Source: Candidatus Latescibacterota bacterium
GTDB taxonomy: Bacteria; Latescibacterota; UBA2968; UBA8231
Length of the DNA stretch: 64,000 nt
Direction: 5' to 3'
NCBI GenBank assembly: GCA_965223905.1
Contig: CBDCXV010000001.1
Span: 1,656,784 to 1,720,783 of the forward strand
This document shows, piece after piece, positions 38,430 through 49,327 of the stretch (its first letter is position 1; the number at the start of each line of letters is the position of its first letter). The position numbers were made by a program, and so were the translations under genes. Below the pieces are notes generated by a model. The model did not search any database and was not told the origin of the DNA. It saw nothing but the letters and a program-made list of their open reading frames with translations.

Positions 38430-41306
38430 ATGATGATGACGACGAGATTCACGCGAACCCTGCTCCTTCTCGCCGCCGCGGCCCTGGCAGCCTGCGCCGC
38501 GAAAAAGGAGACCACCCCCGCTCCGCAGGCCGCACCGTCGCCGGAGACCGCCCTCGAGGCGGAGATTCCGCTCGATCCGCAGATCGTCGCCGGCGAGCTG
38601 GAGAACGGCTTCCGCTACCTGATCCGCGCCAACCAGAAGCCGGAGAAGCGGGCCGAGTTCCGGCTCACCGTCGACGTCGGCTCGGTCCTTGAAGAGGAGG
38701 AGGAGCAGGGGCTGGCCCACTTCGCCGAGCACATGGCTTTCAACGGCACGGCGAACTTCGCCAAGCAGGAGCTGATCGACTATCTCGAGACCATCGGCAT
38801 GCGCTTCGGTCCGGATCTCAACGCCTACACCAGCTTCGACGAGACCGTGTACATGCTCACCGTGCCGACCGACAGCTCCGAGTTCGTCGACAAGGCGTTT
38901 CAGATTCTCGAGGACTGGGCCCACCAGGTCAGCATGGACTCGGTGGAGATCGACAAGGAGCGCGGCGTGGTGATCGAGGAGTGGCGGGGACGGCGGGGGG
39001 CGCGCCAGCGAATGCTCGACGAGCAGCTGCCGGTGATCCTCAAGGACTCCCGCTACGCCGAGCGCCTGCCGATCGGGGTAAAGGCGGTGCTCGACACTTT
39101 CGAGCACGCCACCCTGCGCGACTTCTACACGAGGTGGTACCGGCCGGAGTTGATGGGGTTCGTCGCCGTCGGAGATTTCGACCCGGCAGCGATCGAGGCG
39201 AAGGCGCGCGAGCATTTCTCCCGCCTGCAGCCGCGGGAGGATGCGCCGGAGCGGATCGTCCATCCGGTGCCGGACCACGAGGAGACCCTGTTCGCCATCG
39301 CCACCGATCCCGAGGCGACGGGGAACTCCATCAGCATCTACTACAAGCAGGAGGTGCGCGAGCAGCAGACGGTCGGCGCCTACCGGCGGTCCCTGATCGA
39401 GGGGATGTATCACGGCATGTTCAACCGGCGCCTGCAGGAGCTGACCAAGCTGCCGGAACCGCCGTTCCTGTACGGCTACTCGGGCCAGGGGCGGCTGCTG
39501 CGCTCGAAGGAGTTCTTCCAGCTCGGGGCCGGCGTCCAGGACAACGGCTTCGACGCCGGGCTCGAGGCGCTGCTGACCGAGGCGGCGAGAGTGCGGGAGT
39601 TCGGCTTCACCGGCAGCGAGCTCGAGCGCCTCAAGAAGGAGTCCCTGCGCGGCATGGAGCAGGCCTACCGCGAGCGCGACAAGAGCCGCTCCTCCGGGTT
39701 CGCCTCCGAATACGTGCGCCACCTTATCGAAGGAGAGCCGGTTCCCGGCATCGAGAAGGAGCTCGAGCTCTACCGGGAACTGCTGCCGGAAATCGAGCTC
39801 GCCGAGGTCAACGCCCTCGCCGCGGCCTGGACCGGCGACTGGAACCGCGTCATCGCCCTGAACGCCCCGGAGAAGGAGGGCCTGCACGTGCCCTCCGAGG
39901 AGGAGCTGCTGGCGGTGTTCGCGCGCGTCTCGGAGAAGCCGATCGAGCCCTACGAGGACGACGTCTCCGAGGATCCGATCGCCCCGGAGCTGGCGCTGCT
40001 GGCGCAGATCGTCGAGACCGACTCCCTCCCCGGGCTCGGGGTGACCCGCTGGACCCTGTCCAACGGCATCCGGGTCTTCCTCAAGCCGACGGACTTCAAG
40101 AACGACCAGGTGCTTTTCAGATCCTACAGCCCCGGAGGGCACTCGCTGGTCGAGGATCCGGACTACGTGGCGGCATCCACCGCGGCCTCGGTGGTAACCG
40201 AAGGGGGGGTCGCGCAGTTCGACCTCATCGAGCTGCGCAAGAAACTGGCCGGCAAGGTCGTGTCGGTCTCACCCTGGATCAGCGGCCTGCAGGAAGGGAT
40301 ATCCGGCTCGGCGTCGCCGCAGGACCTGCCCACGATGTTCGAGCTGGTCTATGCGTACGTCACCTCCCCGCGCCAGGACAGCACCGCCTTCACGGCGATG
40401 CGGAAACGGATGAAAGGGTCGATCGAGAACCGCAGCGCGCGCCCGGAGACCGCCTTCCTCGACACCCTGGCGGTTACCCTGGCGCAGTACCACCACCGCG
40501 CCCGGCCGACGTCGCTGGAGATCCTGGACGAGATGGACCTCGACAAATCGATGCAGGTCTACCGCGACCGCTTCGCCGACCTCGGCGACTTCACCTTCTG
40601 CTTCGTCGGCAACTTCACCCCGGAGGAGCTCGAGCCCCTGGTGCTGACCTACCTCGGCGGCCTGCCGGCCGCGGGGCGCGAGGAGACCTGGCGCGACACC
40701 GGCATCCGACCCCCATCCGGAGTGATCGAGAAAACCGTGCGCCGGGGAATGGAGCCCAAGAGCCGCTCGGCCATCGTCTTCACCGGTCCGTTCGAGTTCG
40801 ACGGCTGGCGCAACAACTTCGTCCTGGGAGCGATGACGGACGTGCTGGAGATCAAGCTGCGCGAGGTGATGCGCGAGGACCTCGGGGGCACCTACCACGT
40901 CTCGGTAGGGGGCAGCGGCTCGCACTATCCCGAGGAACGGTACCAGATCTCCCTGAGCTTCGGCTGCGATCCGGAGCGGGTCGAGGAGCTGACCGGGGTC
41001 ACCTTCGAGCAGATCGACAGCCTGAAGACCGCGGGCACGACGGAAGAGTACCTCACCAAGATCAAGGAGACGGCCAAGAGGGAGCGGGAGGTGCAGCTGA
41101 AGGAGAACGGCTTCTGGGTCTCCGGTATTCTGTACGTCGACTTCCACGGCCTCGATCCGGCGCAGGCGCTCCAGTACGACGAGATGGTCGACAGCCTGAC
41201 CCTCGAAGACGTGCGCGAAGCGGCGCGGAAGTACTTCGACATGGAGAACTACGTGCGCGTCGTGCTGCTGCCGGAGGAGGCGCCCGCGGATCCGCCGGCC
41301 GATTGA
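38430..41306 (+). CDS. M16 family zinc protease (PqqL/insulinase-like) lipoprotein
   Basis: LAAC lipobox, GLAHFAEHMAFNGT (HxxEH), NAYTSFDETVY, ERGVVIEEWR, LSNGIRVFLKPTDFK, REDLGGTY. Confidence 0.95.
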   Translation: MMMTTRFTRTLLLLAAAALAACAAKKETTPAPQAAPSPETALEAEIPLDPQIVAGELENGFRYLIRANQKPEKRAEFRLTVDVGSVLEEEEEQGLAHFAEHMAFNGTANFAKQELIDYLETIGMRFGPDLNAYTSFDETVYMLTVPTDSSEFVDKAFQILEDWAHQVSMDSVEIDKERGVVIEEWRGRRGARQRMLDEQLPVILKDSRYAERLPIGVKAVLDTFEHATLRDFYTRWYRPELMGFVAVGDFDPAAIEAKAREHFSRLQPREDAPERIVHPVPDHEETLFAIATDPEATGNSISIYYKQEVREQQTVGAYRRSLIEGMYHGMFNRRLQELTKLPEPPFLYGYSGQGRLLRSKEFFQLGAGVQDNGFDAGLEALLTEAARVREFGFTGSELERLKKESLRGMEQAYRERDKSRSSGFASEYVRHLIEGEPVPGIEKELELYRELLPEIELAEVNALAAAWTGDWNRVIALNAPEKEGLHVPSEEELLAVFARVSEKPIEPYEDDVSEDPIAPELALLAQIVETDSLPGLGVTRWTLSNGIRVFLKPTDFKNDQVLFRSYSPGGHSLVEDPDYVAASTAASVVTEGGVAQFDLIELRKKLAGKVVSVSPWISGLQEGISGSASPQDLPTMFELVYAYVTSPRQDSTAFTAMRKRMKGSIENRSARPETAFLDTLAVTLAQYHHRARPTSLEILDEMDLDKSMQVYRDRFADLGDFTFCFVGNFTPEELEPLVLTYLGGLPAAGREETWRDTGIRPPSGVIEKTVRRGMEPKSRSAIVFTGPFEFDGWRNNFVLGAMTDVLEIKLREVMREDLGGTYHVSVGGSGSHYPEERYQISLSFGCDPERVEELTGVTFEQIDSLKTAGTTEEYLTKIKETAKREREVQLKENGFWVSGILYVDFHGLDPAQALQYDEMVDSLTLEDVREAARKYFDMENYVRVVLLPEEAPADPPAD

Positions 41307-41369
41307 TTGCGGGCCATCGGGGACGACCCCCGGGCTCGCCGAAAAGCCCATCGCGAAAGGAGATCGAAG

Positions 41370-42797
41370 GTGCCGATGATTGCGGATCACCTGTTCGATG
41401 ACGAGACCATGAGGCGGTTTCTCGTCGACGGCTACGTCGTCGTGAAAGCCGGTCTGCCCGCCGGGGTCCACGCCGGCATTCACCGCGGCGTCGAGGAGAT
41501 GTTCGAGACCCACGGTAACCTCGGCAACAACATCCTGCCGCTGATCCCGGAGATCGGGCAGGTGTTCGACCACCCCGCGGTGCGCGGCGCCATGACCAGC
41601 ATCCTCGGGCCGGGGTACGTCATGCACCCCCACCGCTACTGCCACCGCAACCCGCCCGGCAGCGAGGGCCAGGGGTTCCACAAGGACACCTACGAAGGGG
41701 ACATCGAGGTGACCCACCACCGCTGCCGCTGGGCAGTCGCCTTCTACTACCCGCAGGACACCAGCGCCGACATGGGCCCCTCGGCGATCCTGCCGGGAAG
41801 CCAGTACTACGAGACCTCCGAAGCGGCCCACGAGCAGGAGGAGCTGCTGCTGTGCGGGGAGGCCGGCACGGTGACGATCATCCACTTCGACCTCTGGCAC
41901 CGCGCCTCGCCGAACCGCAGCGACCGGCAGCGCTACATGCTCAAGTTCCTGTTCGAGCGCACCGATGAGCCGTCGCGGCCGTCGTGGCGCAACGCCGACC
42001 CCGGCTGGACCGCCCCCGCGGGCGATCCCGGACGACATCAGCGTCTGTACGAGGAGCTGTGGCACTGGAACCGCGGCGTCCGGGCGGCGCGTAACCGCGC
42101 GCCAAGCAACGGCAGGACCGCCGAGGCGCTGGCGGAGGATCTCCTGCGCGGCGACGAGCCCGCCCGAATCGATGCCGCATACGAGTTGGGTGCTCTCGGC
42201 GACGCCGCCCTGCCGCGGCTGACGGCCGCCCTGCAGGCCGGATCCGGGGAAACCGGCCGCCATGCCGCCTTCGGGTTGACCGCACTCGGCAGGGCCGCGA
42301 TACCCCACCTGGTCGAGGCCCTCGGCCACGGCAGCAGCCAGGTGCGCGCCGACGCCGCCTATGCCCTGGCCGACCTCGGCCCGGCAGCCTGGCAGGATCT
42401 CCTCCACGCCGACCCCTCCGCCCGCCGCAGCGCCGCCGAAGCCCTGACCGCAGTCCTCGGGGACGAGTCGAACCGGGTCAGACGCAACGCCGCCGAGGCC
42501 CTGGGAACGATTTCCGAGCCGCTGCCGGAGGCGGTGACCGGGTTGGCCGGCCTGCTCGATGACGGCGAGTTCTGGGTCCGCGACAACGCCGCCCGCGCCC
42601 TCGCCAAGATGGGGCCTCGCGCCGAAGGGGCGGTCGGCGCCCTGGTGCAGGCCCTGCAGGACGAAAACCGCTACGTCCGCTTTCACGCCGGACTGGCCCT
42701 GCGCCGGGTCGGCAGCCCGGCCGCGGAGGGGGCCCTGTTCGACGACCTGCTGACGGCGCGCTGGTGCCCCCTGACCACGGAACAGTCCCCGTACTGA
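41370..42797 (+). CDS. PhyH-family dioxygenase fused to HEAT (PBS lyase-like) repeats
   Basis: FHKD...DLWHR facial triad, then repeated VRxxAAxALxx(I/L/M)G units. Confidence 0.88.
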   Translation: MPMIADHLFDDETMRRFLVDGYVVVKAGLPAGVHAGIHRGVEEMFETHGNLGNNILPLIPEIGQVFDHPAVRGAMTSILGPGYVMHPHRYCHRNPPGSEGQGFHKDTYEGDIEVTHHRCRWAVAFYYPQDTSADMGPSAILPGSQYYETSEAAHEQEELLLCGEAGTVTIIHFDLWHRASPNRSDRQRYMLKFLFERTDEPSRPSWRNADPGWTAPAGDPGRHQRLYEELWHWNRGVRAARNRAPSNGRTAEALAEDLLRGDEPARIDAAYELGALGDAALPRLTAALQAGSGETGRHAAFGLTALGRAAIPHLVEALGHGSSQVRADAAYALADLGPAAWQDLLHADPSARRSAAEALTAVLGDESNRVRRNAAEALGTISEPLPEAVTGLAGLLDDGEFWVRDNAARALAKMGPRAEGAVGALVQALQDENRYVRFHAGLALRRVGSPAAEGALFDDLLTARWCPLTTEQSPY

Positions 42798-42830
42798 TTC
42801 AGTCCAACCAGCCGCCAAAGGAGAAAAGCC

Positions 42831-43556
42831 ATGTCCTTTCTGCAGAACAGGAAGGTGCTCGTGTTCAGCGCTCACGCCGCGGATTTCTGCTCCCGCGCCG
42901 GCGGCACCATCGCCCGCCTCGGCGACGAGGGGGCCGCGGTCCACATCCACGACCTGACCTACGGGGAGCGCTGCGAGGCCCCGGCCCTGTACGCGCGCGA
43001 CCCGGTCCCCTCCCTCGAGGAGATCAAGGCGATCCGCAGGGAGGAGATCGAAGCGGCCGCGTCCATCCTAGGGGCGACCGTCGACTGCTTCGATTTCGGC
43101 GACAGCCCGCTGCTCCTCGGCCCCGAGCGGCGGCTCGAGATCCTCGACGCCATCCGCGCCTTCGAGCCCGAGGTAGTGCTCTGTCACTGGATCGACGACA
43201 TCCTGCACCCCGACCACGTCGAGACGGCGCAGGCGGTGCTGTGGGCGCGGAGCTACTGCAACGTCCCGGGAATCGAGACCCGGCATCCCCCCTGCAAAAC
43301 GCCGGAGTTCATCTGCTACGAGGCCCAGTTGGCGACCTCGCCGGTGACCCGGTTCCTGCCCGACTTCTACGTCGACATCGACTCGACGATGGAGCGCAAG
43401 ACCGAGGCGATGGCCAAGCTCGCGGCGCAGCCGTCGCTCGTCGATCAGTACACCAAGCTCGCCCGCTACCGGGGCCTGGAGGCGCAGATCGTCGCCGGGA
43501 TGATGGAGTGCACCTGCGCCGAGGGGTTCGTGCGCATTGGCAAGGAAGGGATGTAG
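42831..43556 (+). CDS. PIG-L family protein, GalB (4-oxalomesaconate hydratase)-like
   Basis: SAHAADF..RAGG.IA, LTYGER.E, RREE.EAAA, FDFGD.PL, DH. This is the GalB-type variant of the HPDD motif. Confidence 0.7.
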   Translation: MSFLQNRKVLVFSAHAADFCSRAGGTIARLGDEGAAVHIHDLTYGERCEAPALYARDPVPSLEEIKAIRREEIEAAASILGATVDCFDFGDSPLLLGPERRLEILDAIRAFEPEVVLCHWIDDILHPDHVETAQAVLWARSYCNVPGIETRHPPCKTPEFICYEAQLATSPVTRFLPDFYVDIDSTMERKTEAMAKLAAQPSLVDQYTKLARYRGLEAQIVAGMMECTCAEGFVRIGKEGM

Positions 43557-43859
43557 GCGGGGGCGGGGGCCACGTTGATCCCGAAGTCCCGCATTTCTCT
43601 GTGGCTTGCGGTGACGACGATGACTCCGGTTAAATGGATATCCCATTGCTGCGTTATCATCGCCACGACACCCAAGTTAGGTGGGTTGGTTGGACTCAAT
43701 GTTCGAGCCTCGGAAAAAACTCGGGCCGGTTTGCCAGCTTGGATTCCCATGCTCGCGGTGAGACCTGACTTGTAGTCGGCCTGTATTTGTGTCACTGAAT
43801 TGAAACAGCGGCACAGATGAGAGAACATCGACCACCCCCTGGCAGGGCTTGATCGATGG

Positions 43860-44774
43860 CTATTCCGACAGGCTGGCCTTGATGCGGCCCCAAGAGACGT
43901 TTTCCACCGCAGTGTCATCGGTAGGGCTGCCTGCACCCAATAGAATTCCTCTGGCCCAAAGGTCAGATTCGGGACCCAACATCAGTTGGTCATACGACAT
44001 GTCGGGGCCAAACAAGCCGTGCCAACTGTCCACTGGAAAGAATTCCGAGCTTTCTGTGTCAGCATCCAACACCTAGAAAGCGAACCCTATCGTCTTACCG
44101 GAAAAGAGGTCGGAGACAATACTCTGCTCTGGGTCGTCCCAGATCATTCGATCAAAAGGCGTGACGTAGAATTCAACAACGGAGAAAACAGGCTGGCTTT
44201 CGATTATTAACCCGCCTCCGTCGGCATAAGGTACATTTCGCACCCAAGGGGCGCTTATGTTTACCAAAGTGACGTTGCTTTCATTGGTATATGTCTTTGC
44301 GAACGCAGAATACAACTGTGCCTGTACCATATCTCTGGGTACTTCCTGAGAAAAGTTGTCATCGAATATGGCCCCCCCACTTCGATCACCGTCCACATAA
44401 AACCATACCGACGCATCGACGGAAGGTAATGGATTCGACTCCCAGTCTTCGTCCATACTCACATGGATGTCGTCCACGCTCTCTGCAGCTACAAACAGGT
44501 GATTGGTAGCATCGTGCCAAGCCACCCAGATCCGGAAGTCCAGCGAAGACGGGTCGTACGAGTCTGGTGGAAAGGTAAGGAAATCAAGTGGGGTAAATGT
44601 TGGTTCACCGAGGACCTCCAACCAGTCTTCGGTCGAACCGTCCTTCAGGTCGATCCGCGCCCGCATCTCGTCGGTCAGCTCAGCAAACGGATACAAGCGA
44701 TCCGGAAACTGCGCTTCCAAAGACAGGACTGTCAGTAAGATGGGGATGGCAAGGAAAAACGGAATGGTCCGCAT
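43860..44774 (-). pseudogene. secreted CBM9-like/sugar-binding protein with C-terminal SWGRIK motif; in-frame TAG at 44073-44075
   Basis: Signal peptide MRTIPFFLAIP, IDLKDGS.EDW, DFRIWVAWH, VVEFYVTPFD. The frame continues after the TAG to TAVENVSWGRIKASLSE*. Confidence 0.8.
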
Positions 44775-44869
44775 ACGGATATTCTCCCTGAGGTAAAGAA
44801 AAAAAGACATCGACCACTCCCATGTCGTACTACTTGGCGATAATGAATGGCCGATGTCACTTTCAACGA

Positions 44870-45075
44870 TCCTGCAGCGGCGTCCGGGTTGGGTCAAGAT
44901 CGCCCCCGCCGTCACGGGCTCCACCCCTGCAGCACAATAACCGGCCAGGCCCAGGCGCCAACCGCCTTCGTGGCCGCAGCCCGGACAGACGAAGCCGTCG
45001 GGCAACCGCAGCCACTCCAGGTAGTCGTGGCCATCCGCGTAGTCTGGACCAAGCCTGGAACTCGCCCACCGACCA
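44870..45075 (-). mobile_element. IS1595-family transposase 5' remnant (Zn-ribbon)
   Basis: Frameshifted pieces SVGEFQAW, YLEWLR.PDGFVCPGCGHEGGWRLG, VTAGAI, TRTPL. Confidence 0.75.
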
Positions 45076-45079
45076 CGGA

Positions 45080-45198
45080 TTTTCCAGCTCCGGAGGCCCG
45101 GTAGCCCAGGAGGAAGGAGTTGCGTCTGCGTCTCTGCTGCAACGCGGGGGCAGGGTTCCCGGCTCCTGCATCATCCGGAAAAATGCCCGCTGCCATGA
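45080..45198 (-). repeat. degenerate copy of the collagenase gene 5' region (about 49130-49270)
   Basis: ttttccagctccggaggcccggtagcccaggaggaaggagttgcg aligns with ttttccaactccggcggcccggtagtccaggaggaaggggttgcg. Confidence 0.85.
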
Positions 45199-45386
45199 GC
45201 AGAGGAAGATCTTGTTGCGGCTCCAGAAGTAGCGGATGATCTCCGGCACCTCGTTGCAGGGATCGGTCGCCGCGGCCATGCAGCCCAGGCAGAGGTTGAC
45301 CCCGCAGTAGTCGCTCGGGACGATTTCGATGAAACGCCTGAACCCCGCGGGCCCGCCCAGGACCCGGTCGACCCCCTGGTACCCGG
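45199..45386 (-). repeat. diverged copy of an internal segment of the mannonate dehydratase gene (49556-49746)
   Basis: About 190-bp colinear match with scattered substitutions and one 3-bp deletion (IVPSDYCGVNLCLGCMA..TDPCNEVPEIIRYF). Confidence 0.95.
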
Positions 45387-45474
45387 CGCCGAGAGGTTCG
45401 TGCGCATCGGCAAGGAAGGGATGTAGCCGCGGCCGGGGCGGATGCCGATCCCGAAGGCCGGAATCTGGCTGAGG
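45386..45474 (+). repeat. duplicate of the PIG-L/GalB-like gene 3' end and downstream flank (43516-43604)
   Basis: First 41 bp match with 2 mismatches through the TAG stop. Weaker ungapped similarity continues for about 48 bp. Confidence 0.92.
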
Positions 45475-45503
45475 TTACCGGGACCAAGGTCGACGCCTTA
45501 TGT

Positions 45504-48500
45504 CTACCGCAGCAGGGTGAGCTTGCGCGCCTGCACGCTCTCGTCCGTAACCAATCGGTACAAATAGACGCCGCTGGCCAAGGGGCCGCCCCGATCGTCA
45601 AAGGCCGTCCCAATGGACGCGGTGGACCCCCGCCTTCTTCGGCCCCTGGTGCAACACCGCCACCCGCTGCCCGGTCAAAGCGAACACCTCCACTCGCGCA
45701 GCACCCGGTCGCAGCTGAAACCAGGAAATGAGGGTCTCGCTGTTGAACGGGTTGGGGGCGTTCTGCTGCAGCTGCGGTCCGTCGGGCAAGCCGATCATCT
45801 CCCGGGCAAGGGCCAGCAGCTTGCCGCGGGCCGGCTGGCCGAAGTGGTCGGCGAAGAGGAAGAAATCGCTGAAGTCGACGGTGCCGCTGCCGTCGAGATC
45901 GAAGCGGGGGTCGCTGCCGCCGAAGGCGTCGGCCAACAGGAAGAAGTCGGAGAAGCCGGTCTCGCCGTCGCCGTCGAAGTCCGGGGTGGCTTCCGCAGTG
46001 GCGGTGAAGGTCACCGGGTCCAAGCCGGCCACGGTAACCTCGACAGTGTTCGTTACGGGATCGCCGCCCAAGGTCAGGGTTGTGGAGGCGCGGCCGTTCT
46101 CATCGGTGGTGGCGGTTGTGGCGGAGAGCGTCCCGTCGCCAGAGGTGACCGCAAAGTTGACGGTGGCCCCGGGGAAGGCCGAACCGTTCTGATCCAACAC
46201 GGACACCACGAACGGTTCTGCCAAGGCGGCCCCCGCCGCTTCCTGCTGCCCGTCTCCGGAGACCTTGGCCAAGGTTCGGGGCCCCAGGCCGGTTGCCGTG
46301 AAGACCACCGGCTCCAGTCCGGCGACCGTTGCCCGGACCGTATTCGTGCCGGGATCGGCACCCAGGGTCAGGGTGCTGGCCGCGCGGCCGCTGGTATCGG
46401 TAACGGCGGTTTCTACGGAGAGCGTCCCATCCCCCGAAGCGACCTGGAAGGTGACGATCGCCCCGGCAAAGGCCGAACCGTTCTGATCCAGCACGGACAC
46501 AGTAAAGGGTTGGGGCAGATCTTCGCGGGGCAGACCCCCCTGATTATCGCCCGATAGCTTCGTCAGGGACCGGGGTGGATTGGCCGGGTCTGGGGCGATC
46601 ACCACACCTCGCGGCCATTGAATGTTGTTTGCCGGCTCGATCTCTTCTTCGTCCGCGGAAAATTCAACGGAGAAATCGAGGAGACCAGCCTGCAACGGGG
46701 TGAAAAGCATCGTGATAACCAGACCCGGTGACTCGTTTTCGAGTTCTCCATCTTGGACCTGGCCGCAATCGAAAGTGCCCGTCGTTTCGGTTATATCGGT
46801 AATTTGGCACTGGGCTGCAGTTTCATACCTCTGGGCTTCCTCCAAGCGTAAAGGCATGTTGGCGGTCCAGGTCAACATGACGTTGGAAGCCACTTCTTCA
46901 GAAAAGCGCAGACCCACAAACAGATTGAGGGAGCTTTCCATGTTTGCGCGCACTTCGCCGCTGTCGTTGATCAGAATGGTTTCCAGATCCACCTGCGGCG
47001 GCACCCATTCCACATCCATAGGCCGCAGGGGACCTTCACAGTACAGATCCGCAACCGGGGGACTGCCGGCCACGTTGGCAAAGTAACAGTTCATAGACTT
47101 GAAATTATTTATCGCTCCGTCTTCCACGGCAGCGACGATAAGGCTGTCCAGTCGGCTATTCAGGTGTTCATTGAGCGCCCCTCGATCCCCGTCGAACTGT
47201 GAGGGCATCGCCACGGAGCCCATGCATCCGAAGCGAGGGCTGAATTCGGTCGCCACGGTTTGGCAATCCATGCCCAGATCGCCGTTGATCCGTTGCAGGG
47301 CGCTTTCGATCTCCGCGGCGCTGTCGCTGGTGAGAGCGGCAGGCGAGGGAGGATAGGTGAAGAAAGGGCGGCTCTCTCCCCATACGATGTCGGCTATCTG
47401 TTCATCCAGAAAGGAGTCGAAATCAGCGGACAGTTGAGTATCTTCCGCCCAAGCCGCGATCAGGTTCGAGTAGAGCTCCCAGTCTCCGCTGCGGACCACG
47501 TCGAACAGTTCCAGCAACTGGGTGCGCCGCTGCTGATGCAAGAAATGGAAGAAAAGGTCGGCGTAGTAGTAGAAATAGCCGCCACCGAGATCACCGCTGT
47601 AATCGGAATTGAAAAGCCCCGCAGGGTCGAGTCGGGTCTCGTTGCCGGCGATGTATTGTACTTGAGCCTGGCGCACGGGAACGCCCTCGGCTTGGGTGCT
47701 GCTCACTAGAAATTCGGCCAGACCTTCGCCGAACCAGGGGCCGCCAAAACCCAGCAGTCCGAAGCGGTCGGCCAGATAGTGCACGTACTCGTGGCGAAGT
47801 GTCTCCTCGAAACCGTCTACGCGGTGACCGGGTAAATATTCCAGATAGGTCCTCATTATGCCCTCGCCATAAACTCCACCACTGTGAATGCCTCTGGTGT
47901 CCGCGCCGGTCAGATATTCCTCAAATGGTGTGAAATCCAAGATGGTGTCGTAGATCCTGGCGGTGAAAACGCCCCTGTCCTCATCTACGACCTCATCGGT
48001 TTCCACCAGCCGGTGGAACTGCGCCTGCACTTACTTGAGCCCGTAGTACCGGGGCTGCACTTCCTCCAGGTCCAGTGAAGTCTGAAACACGATCGCACCA
48101 TCGTCGAAGCGGTACGTGTTGGGTACGGCCTGGGCAAGAATCTCCTCCTCCAGCACATCGCGGCAGATGTTGAGGCTGGCGCAGTCGACCTTGTCTTCCA
48201 GGGCCTTCGCCGCGATCAGGAAGGGGCTGCTGAGACGCTCGTGCCAGGAGAGAACGGAGGTCAGGGCCGCGACCGCGGGTTCCCTCAGGCTGTCCAGCCC
48301 GGTCAAACGGATGAGTATCCGGATGGCCCTTTCCAAAAAGTCCAGCCGGGGAGTGAAAGGATGGTTTTCGTCAACGAGAAAATAAAAATCGTAGCGTGTC
48401 ACCTGCAGCAGGGCGTCGACGAATTCCGGGGCCTGTTCCAGGGCTTGATGGAATTCCCTGTGTGCGATGATTCCTTCGTCCCGGTCCACAAAGGATCCCA

Positions 48501-49317
48501 TTACCCGACGTAACACCGTCTCGAAGGCCCGGCGCTGGGGAGCAATTAAATAGCAATACTGGACGTCGCCGTCGTCCTGGCATATTTCGGACTCGCTGGC
48601 CGCCCGTTCAGGGGTAAACCCGGACAAAACCTGTTTGATCGGTGCCAGGTGATTCCGCCGCAGCCCGGCGGCGAAAGCGGCCTCGAAGTAGTAGTACAAG
48701 ATCTGAGCGGCCTCGTCGTTGGGGGCATGGAAGTGGTCGCCGGCGGCAAAGACGTCCGACGCGGCGAGGTAGGCGCGGTCGGTCGCAGCATCGAACGGCC
48801 CCACCCCCGTCTCTTCCGGAAAAAACCTGTGGTGGCTGAAGCCGCCCTGAACGAAGGACCAGAGCTGCAGCATCCCGGTACTGTTGGTTCCGTCGTATGC
48901 CGCGGCCGACTCTTCGATTTCAGAAAAAACCGACTGCATGTTGGCGTTGCTGAAGATGGTGGGCAGATCGGCTCTTATGGAGGGGTTGTCGTAGAGATGG
49001 AGAGTGCGCCCGAGACAATCCGCCGAGGTGTTCCGCAGGTAGTCGATCAGACCGTCCCCGGCGAGGGCCGCGACGTCGACCGACGGACAGACATCCGCCA
49101 GCATCTTTCCCGCGGGGCGTAGCGTCGAGTTTTCCAACTCCGGCGGCCCGGTAGTCCAGGAGGAAGGGGTTGCGGCTAACTCTCTGCTGTAACCCGGGGC
49201 AGGGAACAGGGGTATTTCACCCGTAAAGGTCCCGGCTCTCACGGCATCCGGAATAAAACCCGCAGCCAAGAGAATGGCTGTCAGGACATCGAGGTATCTG
49301 TTTCTCATCCGATCCAT
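45504..49317 (-). pseudogene. M9-family collagenase-like secreted metalloprotease with Big-1 domains, EF-hand/dockerin-like motif and FlgD/T9SS-like CTD
   Basis: GGVYGEG, TLRHEYVHYL, WFGEGLAEF, two KxSGDxQ Ig repeats, DFDGDGETGFSDFF, QNAPNPFN. In-frame TAA at 48031-33 and a 1-bp insertion near 45601 before PLASGVYLYRL...RKLTLLR* (stop 45504). Confidence 0.85.
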
Positions 49318-49327
49318 CTCACTCTCC

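Noticed and set aside
46000-46570. About 300-bp internal repeat in the collagenase gene as a mobile or regulatory repeat
   Set aside because: It corresponds to two tandem Big-1 (Ig-like) protein domains.
16729-48033. In-frame stops (TAG 16729, TAG 44073, TAA 48031) as stop-codon recoding or pyrrolysine
   Set aside because: TAG and TAA terminate many intact genes here, the stop types differ, and the affected genes lie in decaying accessory regions, so ordinary nonsense mutation is simpler.
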